This document shows positions 24,179-31,914 of a DNA stretch of 32,000 nucleotides, piece after piece; within the stretch, counting starts at the first letter, position 1, and each line of letters begins with the position of its first letter. The stretch covers positions 318,999 to 350,998 of the forward strand of contig CAID01000003.2 of the NCBI GenBank assembly GCA_000214015.2, read 5' to 3'. Under the pieces are notes generated by a model. The model was not told the origin of the DNA. It worked only from the letters and a program-made list of their open reading frames with translations, and made no database searches. A program made the position numbers and the translations under genes. This DNA comes from Ostreococcus tauri. Lineage: Eukaryota.

Positions 24179-26797
24179 ATGGCGCTCGCGCTCGGGCGCG
24201 CGTGCGATGGACCTCCGCGCGCGCTCGGGGTGGCGATGGCGGTGACGCGCGGGCGACGCGCGGGTGACGCGCGCGCGCGCGTGCGAGCGCGACGGTGGAC
24301 CGCGACGGTGTCCAAGCTAGGTCGAGGGATGGCGGTGGACGAAGGGGTCGTCGCGCGGGCGTCGGTGGCGGAGAGCGCGGATGAGGGTGAACGACGCGAC
24401 CGAGGGCGATTGATCAAGGGCGCGGATGGGAAGTTCATCCGTGAGGGGTCGGAGCGCTCGGACGAGGGTGGACGCGGTGGACGCGGCGGACGCGGCGGAC
24501 GGGGCGGCGGGAGAGGCTTTGGTCGAGGACGCGGCGACGGCGACGGCGACGGACGCGGTGGACGCGGTGGACGCGGTGGACGCGGTGGACGCGCGTCGTA
24601 TGATGGTGGTGGACGCGGTGACGGTGGCGGGCGGAATGGTGCGGGGCGAAACTTCAGGAACGACGCGAGGCCGGCGGGCGGTCGCGGGAACGCCGGAGGT
24701 CGAGCCGGACGCGGCGGCGGGAGGAACAATTCCAACGCTCGCTGGCAAGACGGACGAAAGGGCATGGGTGGCCGTCCGCGACCGCAGATGAGCGATGCGA
24801 GCATGAGCGATCAGCTCAAACAAAGACGCGGAAGTAAGGCTGCAAAGCAAGCGCAACGCAGAAAGCAAGCCGAGGAGAACAAGGCTGTGGCTGTGGAGAT
24901 TCTCGAAGTCCCAGCGGAGGGCATGGGAATCGACGATCTTACCGATCTTCTCGCGACGACGCAGGCGCAAATTATTAAAACACTCTTCATGAAGGGAATC
25001 GCTGTGCAAATGGGCCAACTACTCGATAGAGCAGCCGTGATCGCCGTGGCGGAGGACATGGAAGTGGAGTGGATCGACGAAGCCGAGCAAGGCGTCGAGG
25101 TTGCCGCCAAAAAGGTCACGCAGTTCATGAGCGAGGACGACTTCGATTTCTTAACAGCACGCGCTCCTGTGGTGACCATCATGGGGCACGTAGACCACGG
25201 TAAGACGTCGCTTTTGGATTACATTCACAAGTCCAAGGTTGCCGCGGGTGAGGCTGGTGGAATCACGCAAGGTATCGGCGCGTACCAAGTTAGTACCATG
25301 GTTGGAGACGAAGAGAAGGAGATTACCTTCCTCGATACCCCTGGTCACGAAGCATTTAGCGCCATGCGCGCACGAGGCGCTCGAGTGACCGATATCGCCA
25401 TCATCATCGTCGCCGCCGACGACGGCATGCGACCGCAAACCGAGGAGGCTGTCTCCCACGCCAGAGCAGCCGACGTGCCGATCATCGTTGCAGTCAACAA
25501 GATCGATAAAGAAGGTGCCAATCCCGACCGTGTGCGCGACGAAATGTCGCGTATCGGCGTCATCAGCGAAGAGTGGGGCGGGGATATTCCGTTCATGCCC
25601 ATCAGCGCCAAGACTGGCGAAGGCATCGACGATTTGCTTGAAACAATCTCTCTCACTGCGGAGCTGTGCGAGCTCGTCGCGAACCCCGATCGAGAGGCTC
25701 AAGGTACCGTCATCGAAGCGTTCCTCGATAAACAACGCGGTCCTATGGCCACTGTTCTCGTCCAAGCCGGTACTCTTCGTATCGGCGATGCGATCCAAAT
25801 TGGTGGCATCTACGGCAAAGTTCGGGCGATGGAAGACTCCCAGGGCACGAAGATTGATGAGGCTGGACCCTCCGTCCCGGTTCAAATCATGGGTCTCAAC
25901 GGCGTCCCTATCGCAGGCGAAGAGTTCACTGTCTTTGCGTCGGATACCATGGCTCGTGAGAAGGCCGAGAAGGTTCAAGAAGAGGCGCGCAACAACCGTC
26001 TGATTGAAGGTAACGTCGTTTCGCTGAACAACTTACCTGGCGACGAAGAAGGATTACAAAAGATAAACCTCATCGTGAAAACGGACGTGAGTGGTTCGTG
26101 CGAAGCCATCAAGGCTGCTCTCGGCGCACTGCCACAGGATCGCGTGCAACTTCGATTTCTCATGGCCTCTGCAGGTGAAGTGAGCGAGAGTGACGTCGAC
26201 CTCGCCGCCGCTTCCCAAGGGATCATTGTGGCGTTCAACACTCCGTGCAGCGATAGAATCATGGATATCGCTGACCGTGCGAAGGTTGAGGTGCGAACCT
26301 ACGATGTCATCTACGATCTTGTCGATCAAGTCCGCGCCGCCATGGAGGGAATGCTGAGCTCCATCAAGGAGGAGATTCCGTTCGGCAAGGCGAAATGCAA
26401 GGCCGTCTTTGGTGGAGGTAAAGCGAAGGTTGCCGGTAGTGAGGTGATCGAAGGGAACTTCCAAGTGAAGAAGTATCTACGCGTCATGAGAAAAGGCAAA
26501 GAAGTTTACTTCGGCAAGGTTGGCTCCCTTCGTCGCATCAAGGACAACGTCAAGAAGGTGGAAGCCGGCTTGGAGTGCGGTATCGGCGCCGATCCCGAAT
26601 GGGACGGCTTCAGAGAGGGGGACGAACTTCAATGCTTGGATCTCGTCGACAAGATTCAGACTCTTGAAACTGCGAGCGAGATTCTCGCCGAGCGCGTCGA
26701 GGAATATCAAGCCGGAGAGGATGAGCGGAATGCTGCGCGCGAAAAGGCCAAGGAGGGATACCAGCGACAGCAGCGACGAGGCGCGACGACGTCTTAA
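24179..26797 (+). CDS. infB: Bacterial-type translation initiation factor IF-2 (organellar), with an RGG-rich N-terminal region
   Basis: The 3' part of ORF 23291-26797; the first plausible ATG is 24179 (MALALGRACDG..., Ala/Arg-rich presequence). GTPase motifs: IMGHVDHGKTSLLD, FLDTPGHEAF, VAVNKIDK, SAKTG. IF2 domains continue through LNGVPIAGEEF, IVKTDVSGSCEAI and ECGIG. Confidence 0.9.
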   Translation: MALALGRACDGPPRALGVAMAVTRGRRAGDARARVRARRWTATVSKLGRGMAVDEGVVARASVAESADEGERRDRGRLIKGADGKFIREGSERSDEGGRGGRGGRGGRGGGRGFGRGRGDGDGDGRGGRGGRGGRGGRASYDGGGRGDGGGRNGAGRNFRNDARPAGGRGNAGGRAGRGGGRNNSNARWQDGRKGMGGRPRPQMSDASMSDQLKQRRGSKAAKQAQRRKQAEENKAVAVEILEVPAEGMGIDDLTDLLATTQAQIIKTLFMKGIAVQMGQLLDRAAVIAVAEDMEVEWIDEAEQGVEVAAKKVTQFMSEDDFDFLTARAPVVTIMGHVDHGKTSLLDYIHKSKVAAGEAGGITQGIGAYQVSTMVGDEEKEITFLDTPGHEAFSAMRARGARVTDIAIIIVAADDGMRPQTEEAVSHARAADVPIIVAVNKIDKEGANPDRVRDEMSRIGVISEEWGGDIPFMPISAKTGEGIDDLLETISLTAELCELVANPDREAQGTVIEAFLDKQRGPMATVLVQAGTLRIGDAIQIGGIYGKVRAMEDSQGTKIDEAGPSVPVQIMGLNGVPIAGEEFTVFASDTMAREKAEKVQEEARNNRLIEGNVVSLNNLPGDEEGLQKINLIVKTDVSGSCEAIKAALGALPQDRVQLRFLMASAGEVSESDVDLAAASQGIIVAFNTPCSDRIMDIADRAKVEVRTYDVIYDLVDQVRAAMEGMLSSIKEEIPFGKAKCKAVFGGGKAKVAGSEVIEGNFQVKKYLRVMRKGKEVYFGKVGSLRRIKDNVKKVEAGLECGIGADPEWDGFREGDELQCLDLVDKIQTLETASEILAERVEEYQAGEDERNAAREKAKEGYQRQQRRGATTS

Positions 26798-26862
26798 AAA
26801 ACTAGTCAATGCGACATGCGCAATACATAGAACAAAGTTGAGCACGTGTAAACTAAATCAAT

Positions 26863-27061
26863 TCAATTTTCAATCTCCTTCTTCGCCGCCTCTCGCGCTA
26901 TGCGAGCGTTCTCCGCCTTCTTCAACCGCGCCTCCCGCCGCGCTCGCTTCTCCGCCTCGTCCCTCTCCGAGTCCTTCTCCCGAAGATCCACCCCGAGCGC
27001 GCTCGCGATCATCCGTCGAGCCGTCGACACGTCCGTCTTCGCTCTTCCCGGTGCTCTCTCC

Positions 27062-27103
<42 letters not shown>

Positions 27104-27288
27104 TCGTCCGTCTTCTCCTTCGTCTCTTTCGACTCCACTCGCAACGCGCTCACGCCCTGTACGAGCGCGTCCACGCTCGCGTCGTCCGCCGTGGACGCGT
27201 CTCGCCCATCCGTCGCCCTCGCGCTCCCGTCCTCGCGCGCCTCCGCGTCGTCCTCGCGCGCGTCGTCGCCCCGTCGCTCGCGCACCAT
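26863..27288 (-). CDS. Small charged hypothetical protein (141 aa) with a 13-residue poly-Thr tract and a basic coiled C-terminus
   Basis: The ATG is the complement of 27286-27288. The C-terminal TARRMIASALGVDLREKDSERDEAEKRARREARLKKAENARIAREAAKKEIEN looks like genuine protein. The overlapping plus and minus ORFs in other frames are low-complexity. No family recognised. Confidence 0.45.
27065..27103. repeat. Perfect trinucleotide microsatellite (GTC)13 = (ACG)13 on the minus strand
   Basis: Counted directly; it encodes T13 in the 26863-27288 minus ORF. Confidence 0.95.
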
Positions 27289-27395
27289 CGCGTCGAGCTG
27301 TAACGACCGCCGCCTCGGGCTCCGCGGTCGCCTCGGTCACTTCGTCTCGCGCGCGTCGTCGGCGTCGATCGACGCCGCGCGCGTCGTCGGCGTCG
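27289..27395. promoter_or_regulatory. 107-bp divergent spacer (putative bidirectional promoter)
   Basis: Head-to-head ATGs at 27288 (minus) and 27396 (plus). Positional inference only. Confidence 0.35.
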
Positions 27396-28244
27396 ATGTC
27401 CGCGAGGACGTCGTCGCAGCGCGCGGTGCGCGCACCGACGTCCGCGAGTGAGCTCTTCGGTGATTACGCCGCCGGACCGTCTCGCGCGCTCCAAGCGAGC
27501 GTTCGCGATCTTCGCCCGCTCGTCTCGGGCGTCGACGTCGATGGGTTCTGCTCGGGGGCGGCGGTGATGGTGTCCCACGGCCCGCACGATCGCTGGGACG
27601 CGGATGAGATGGGGAAACGGACGGTGGCGTTCGTGTTCGACGGCGTGCGCGCGGCGGACGCGGCGTTGGTCGATCTGGCGCTTCGCGAGCGTGAACGAGG
27701 CGAGGGGATCGATGTGAGTAATTTAGGAGGCTATCACTCTCGCCCAGATGCGTTCGAGAGGCTGGGTGGATGCGCGGCGGCGCTGAGAGCGACTGTCGAG
27801 CGCGCGTGCGAGGCGTGCTGGGACGCGGTGCGGGGCGACGCGAAGAGCGTGTGGGTCAAGGCGATGATGGGTGCGGGAGACCCGACAAAGGTGACCACAT
27901 CGTGGGCGAACGTGTGCGAGCGCACCAACGGGCACGGGTTGCATAATCACGTGAATGCGGTTTGGAGCGGCGTGTATTACGCGAGCGACGGGCGAGACGC
28001 GGAAACGACTCCGCGCGAAGACGTCGACGAGCCGGGAGATTTGTTGATTCGAGTCACGGCCGGTGGACTTGATCCACTATCGGAAGGTCCGTCGGGGTAT
28101 TGTTCGTACATGTGCGTCAAGCCAAAGGTTGGTCGACTCGTCGTTTTCCCATCATGGGTTCTGCACGGAGTTCTCGCGTCGGCAGGGGACTCGCCGCGCG
28201 TATCATACGCGTTCAACACGGGAGAGATTGGTGTGAAATTTTAG
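27396..28244 (+). CDS. Putative 2OG-Fe(II) oxygenase of the TIGR02466 / 2OG-FeII_Oxy_5 type
   Basis: The 3' part of ORF 26520-28244; ATG 27396 (MSARTSS...ELFGDY). Motifs: NGHGLHNHVNAVWSGVYYA, GDLLIRV, VKPKVGRLVVFPSWVLHGV, RVSYAFN. Confidence 0.7.
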   Translation: MSARTSSQRAVRAPTSASELFGDYAAGPSRALQASVRDLRPLVSGVDVDGFCSGAAVMVSHGPHDRWDADEMGKRTVAFVFDGVRAADAALVDLALRERERGEGIDVSNLGGYHSRPDAFERLGGCAAALRATVERACEACWDAVRGDAKSVWVKAMMGAGDPTKVTTSWANVCERTNGHGLHNHVNAVWSGVYYASDGRDAETTPREDVDEPGDLLIRVTAGGLDPLSEGPSGYCSYMCVKPKVGRLVVFPSWVLHGVLASAGDSPRVSYAFNTGEIGVKF

Positions 28245-28302
28245 GCTAGCATATCTAAAAACTCTATTGGTTACGCTGTCGTCACGGGTGCCGTGATCTC
28301 GC

Positions 28303-29193
28303 TCAGTCTACCAGAGAAAAATCCTCGGCGCTTCGTCCCAACGGTGTATAGTTCTCGTTAAATCCGAATCCAGATGGTCGCACATACGGCTTCTTGTACA
28401 CCCATGACACGTAAGCGAAGGTCGTTCCGAGCGTCGCACCGACAAGGACGTCCTCCCAGTGATGCCAGTAATCGCGGATCCTCGTCAAACCCACGAACAT
28501 AGCGAGCAAAGTCGGTCCCAGAACCACGATTAATTTCCACACAGCCTCCCACCTTCTAAATTTACGCTCTTCTCGTCCGACTCTGAACCAAGCGGCGAGG
28601 TAGAGCGAGCAGTAAAACAAACCGCTGAACGACATAGACGTGTGCCCACTCGGAAAGCTCCTACGTCCTTGCTGGACGTCGTCGTTCGCGCCCGAGCACT
28701 TCGGCACCCCTGCAGACGCCCACACGATGTTCCCGTCTGGCCAACACCGAGCGACGAAATCCGGTCGAATGTTCCCTATGATGTTCTTCATCGCGCACGT
28801 CACCACCCACGTAAGACCAACGCTGACCGTCAAGCCGCCGATGGCTCGCTCTTTCCGCACGTGTGGGTTCCAGCTCCTAGGAACCGCGAGCATGCACGCC
28901 AGCGGAATCAAAAACGAGATGATCGGCACCACCACCGTCGGCACCGTGTTCTCCTTGTGCGGATAACTGTACCGCCACAGCATCTCTTGCTGAATGTACT
29001 TTTGATTCGGTTCCGCCACCTCGAGCCACGTCCCGAGCGAGAACATCAACCCGAACGCGACGGCGTCAACCGCCAGCGTCCGCGCGCGCGCGCGCCGCGT
29101 CATCAAGTTCGACGTCTCTTCCCGCTCTTCCCGCGCCTCCCGCGCCGTCTCGCCTCGCTCACCGCTCGACGACGCCATCATCGAGTCCACCAT
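28303..29193 (-). CDS. Lipid phosphate phosphatase (PAP2 superfamily)
   Basis: The three PAP2 motifs are KNIIGNIRPDF, FPSGHTS and TRIRDYWHHWEDVLVG. Six hydrophobic segments. The ATG is the complement of 29191-29193. Confidence 0.9.
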   Translation of the reverse strand: MVDSMMASSSGERGETAREAREEREETSNLMTRRARARTLAVDAVAFGLMFSLGTWLEVAEPNQKYIQQEMLWRYSYPHKENTVPTVVVPIISFLIPLACMLAVPRSWNPHVRKERAIGGLTVSVGLTWVVTCAMKNIIGNIRPDFVARCWPDGNIVWASAGVPKCSGANDDVQQGRRSFPSGHTSMSFSGLFYCSLYLAAWFRVGREERKFRRWEAVWKLIVVLGPTLLAMFVGLTRIRDYWHHWEDVLVGATLGTTFAYVSWVYKKPYVRPSGFGFNENYTPLGRSAEDFSLVD

Positions 29194-29450
29194 CCCGCGT
29201 CGACGCGCTCGACCGCGACGACGCCCCGAGTCCGCGCGGTATCCCGGACGTTATCCAATCGCCCCCCCTTCGGTGCCACTCCGATCGTTCGCGTCGAGCG
29301 TCCCGCGCGCGCTCGCGCGCTCGCGCGCGTCGTCACCGCGCGCGCCCGTCGCCTTCGTCGTCGTCCGCCTTCGTCGTCGCCGTCGTCCGCGCCGCGCGTC
29401 GAGGCGTCGCGATGACGTAGACGGCGCGTTCGTGCGTCGAGCGCAATCGA

Positions 29451-29518
29451 GGGGGTCACCGTTAAGTCATCACTCGTCACTCGACGACGAAGGGGGTCAC
29501 CGGTGAGTCATCACTCGT
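29451..29518. repeat. Two copies of a 27-bp direct repeat (29451-29477 and 29492-29518; 25/27 identical), 41 bp start to start
   Basis: gggggtcaccgttaagtcatcactcgt versus gggggtcaccggtgagtcatcactcgt. Each contains the palindrome GGTCACC. Copy 2 contains TGAGTCA (AP-1/GCN4-type bZIP core) and also GTGAGT. Confidence 0.8.
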
Positions 29519-30071
29519 GCACGGACACACCCGAAAACACCCGAAACACCCACTAGGGTTAGGGGGACGATCCCACTCGAACGTTGGCGCGATTGCTCGG
29601 CGCGCGCGAACGATGACGCGAGCGTCGAAGCGTAAGGCGACGGTACCGAAGCCGACGACGAAGGCGAACGGTGCGATGCTGCGGTGCGCGCGCGTGTGGG
29701 GGGGGGTGGAACGAGAATCGGTCGAGGGCGACGATGGGCACGCGTGACGATGGGCGCGGGACCACGGACTCGGCCGTTGCGGGCGCGGTGGAACTCGGAC
29801 GCGCGCGCGCGCGAATGCGGACTGACGAGGACGTGGACGATGCGAAGCGAAAGCAGGCACAAAGGATAAGAAACCGACGGTACGGATGAACGATGGGTGA
29901 TCGAGGAGGGCACGCGGGTGGAAGACGGGACGCGCGCGCGAATTGAAATGCCGACGAGGACGCGCGCGGGTGATATCGAGCGCTCACGTGGGGACGACGT
30001 CGACGCGTTAGGAGCGTGTGAGTGGTGAAATGGGATGAAAACTGACGGAGTGTTGTCCTGAACCAACGCAG

Positions 30072-30888
30072 GAGACGTCGAAGAAGGCTGAAAAGGTCGT
30101 GGCGGGTTCGCTCGCGGCGACGCAGAGCAAAGCTCCAGTGGATCCGTTCGCATTTGAGGAGGGTGATGTGGTCGTCGGATCGATTTCCTTGACCGTAAAA
30201 TGGGTGATGAAGGGGCACACGACATCGGAGTGGACTTTCTCCGTTCCGGTGCGTCGAAAACGCGCGTGTCGACGACGAAGACGTAAACCCTAATCGTTAT
30301 TTGAACCCTAGACTGACGAGCGTTTTCGCGAAACAGGCTGACGCGACTGTCGACTCGTTGCGTAAGATGGTCGAAGAGACAACGGACGGTGTTTTGAAGG
30401 CGCACGCAATCATTTTGAAGCACAAGAGCAAGGAAATGGATCGTACGAGCGCGCTACTGTCTGATTACGGCATCGGCGACGGCTCGGAAGTCGTACTCTT
30501 GCTCAACCACGAGGCGGGACCCGTCCCAGTGCCGCCGACAGCCGTGAACCACGGGTTCCCTGGAGAGCCGGTGGCGAAAAAGGCAAAGAAAGACAAGAAG
30601 GAGGGTCAGTCCGACAAGAAGCGTGAGCGTTTCACGAAGGCGGAGGCTGAAGATCTCATCAAGGGTGTCGAGTTGTACGGTTTGGGACAGTGGGCGCAAA
30701 TCAAGTTAGCCTACTTCAGGTCGACTCAACGTACGGGCGTCGATCTTAAGGACAAGTGGCGTAACCTTGTGACTGCTTCGCAACGACCGCCTGGTTTCAA
30801 ATTCCGCGTCGAATACTTGAACGATCCAGCGTTCCTTGGTCACGTTGCCAAGGTAAACACCGACGCGTTGAGCAAGCATCGTGAATAA
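30072..30888 (+). CDS. Ubiquitin-like domain + telobox Myb protein (TRP/TRFL-type telomere-repeat-binding-like); 5' end unresolved; exons at least 30072-30248 and 30337-30888
   Basis: Myb/telobox: RFTKAEAEDLIKGVELYGLGQWAQIKLAYFRSTQRTGVDLKDKWRNLV. A ubiquitin-like fold is only reconstituted by joining track ORFs 30099-30293 and 30301-30888 across an 88-nt GT..AG intron: ISLTVKWVMKGHTTSEWTFSVP|ADATVDSLRKMVEETTDGVLKAHAIILKHKSKEMDRTSALLSDYGIGDGSEVVLL. There is no in-frame ATG between the stop at 30036-30038 and the GTG at 30099. The candidate upstream exon is 29613-29642 (MTRASKRKAT, donor GTACCG, phase 0). Confidence 0.65.
30249..30336 (+). other. Spliceosomal intron (88 nt, phase 0) splitting the ubiquitin-like domain; contains AAACCCTAA and GAACCCTAG
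   Basis: Donor GTGCGT at 30249, AGACTGACGAG at 30310-30320, acceptor CAG ending at 30336. Retention gives a stop at 30291-30293. Confidence 0.7.
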
Positions 30889-30967
30889 GTACGGCAGTGC
30901 TCGTTAGCAGTGCGAAACATGTAACACTCAACCTCACAAAAAATGATGTCTACGCATCGGTGTCTAC

Positions 30968-31732
30968 CTATCCTAAAGGCCGATTTTCCATCCCCTCCAT
31001 CGGCGCGTCTTCCGTATTCTGTCGTTTCTTTGGCGCCTCGTCCTCGTGGAGCTTTCCGTGCACCTCGTAACGAGCGATGCTCTTCTTCTGAATGTTCACC
31101 ACCGCCGCCGTGGCGTCGACGATGAACGCTATCGCGTCTAAATATTCCTTCTCCGTCAACGCCCCCGTCGTCGAGCAACCAACGATGGCGATCTCGTCCT
31201 TCTCCCTGTGCTTGCTCAGCGCGCACGCGCGAACCACCGCCCTCGCCTCCGTCTCCTCCCGCTTCGTCGGATCGATCACCATCGATCCCTCCCTCGTCAA
31301 CGCGCACGCGTTGGCGCATATCAACCCACGCATGGGAACGTTCGCATCGATCAGGGCGCAGCACACCGCGTTCACGCACGCCGCTTCCGCGTTCCCGTCG
31401 TCGCTCACCACGCGCGCGGAGATCCTCAACCCGAATCGCGGAAAATCCCTCAGCTCCACGCACCGTTCGATCGCCCCTCGCAGCCTCCCCTCGCACGCCC
31501 GCTGATCGTCTCGCGACATCCAACCCGGGGCGCTCAGTTCGACGTCGATGACGCCGCGATCGTGCGCCTCTCGCCACGGCGCGATTCGCAATGGCCCGTG
31601 CACGGCGGCGACGACGATCGTCCCGTCGATGCGATACTCCGCGCTCCCGCTCGCGCTCGGCACTCTCGATCGATGCAACCGCTGACGACGGAGCATCTCC
31701 CGCGAGCGCCCGTCGGGACGAAGGGACGACAT
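30968..31732 (-). CDS. Exosome complex RNase PH-like subunit (Rrp46/EXOSC5- or Mtr3-like)
   Basis: MSSLRPDGRSREMLRR...ASGSAEYRIDGTIVVAAVHGP...GLRISARVVSDDGNAEAACVNAVCCALIDANVPMRGL shows RNase PH domain 1 hallmarks. The overlapping 326-aa ORF in another frame is Arg-rich junk. Confidence 0.8.
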   Translation of the reverse strand: MSSLRPDGRSREMLRRQRLHRSRVPSASGSAEYRIDGTIVVAAVHGPLRIAPWREAHDRGVIDVELSAPGWMSRDDQRACEGRLRGAIERCVELRDFPRFGLRISARVVSDDGNAEAACVNAVCCALIDANVPMRGLICANACALTREGSMVIDPTKREETEARAVVRACALSKHREKDEIAIVGCSTTGALTEKEYLDAIAFIVDATAAVVNIQKKSIARYEVHGKLHEDEAPKKRQNTEDAPMEGMENRPLG

Positions 31733-31914
31733 CGCGCGCGCGAGGCGACGTGTGCGGGACGGGTCGCGCGCGCCGCGTCTCTACCGACGCGCGTACGAGC
31801 ACGACGACGCGATCGACCACCGCGTCCGCGTCCGCGGCGCGCGCGCGATGTCATTACACGCGACGTCCACGCGCGCGCGCGCGATCGATCGATCGCCTCG
31901 ACCGAGGCGGGTCT

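Noticed and set aside
23291-24804. Apparent 1.5-kb antisense overlap of the 1608-aa minus ORF and the 1168-aa plus ORF, suggesting dual coding
   Set aside because: The overlapping parts are Pro/Arg/Ser low complexity or repeat-encoded. The conserved parts of both proteins lie outside the overlap. This is best explained by absence of stop triplets in the CG-rich and CCCATCGAT-repeat DNA. The repeat itself is kept as a finding.
6070-26797. Idea that the plastid-related genes (LIL3, lumenal Trx, PsbP-domain, IF2, possibly TilS-like) form a functional cluster or operon-like unit
   Set aside because: They are interspersed with unrelated nuclear and cytosolic genes (Mut-7-like, Fyv7, coiled-coil proteins), lie on both strands, and each has its own spacer. 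A high fraction of plastid-targeted genes is expected in a photosynthetic picoeukaryote.
29497-30423. 308-aa and 219-aa minus-strand ORFs across the PAP2/Ubl-Myb spacer
   Set aside because: They are Pro/Ser/Arg-rich without motifs, and they run antisense through the spliced Ubl-Myb exons.
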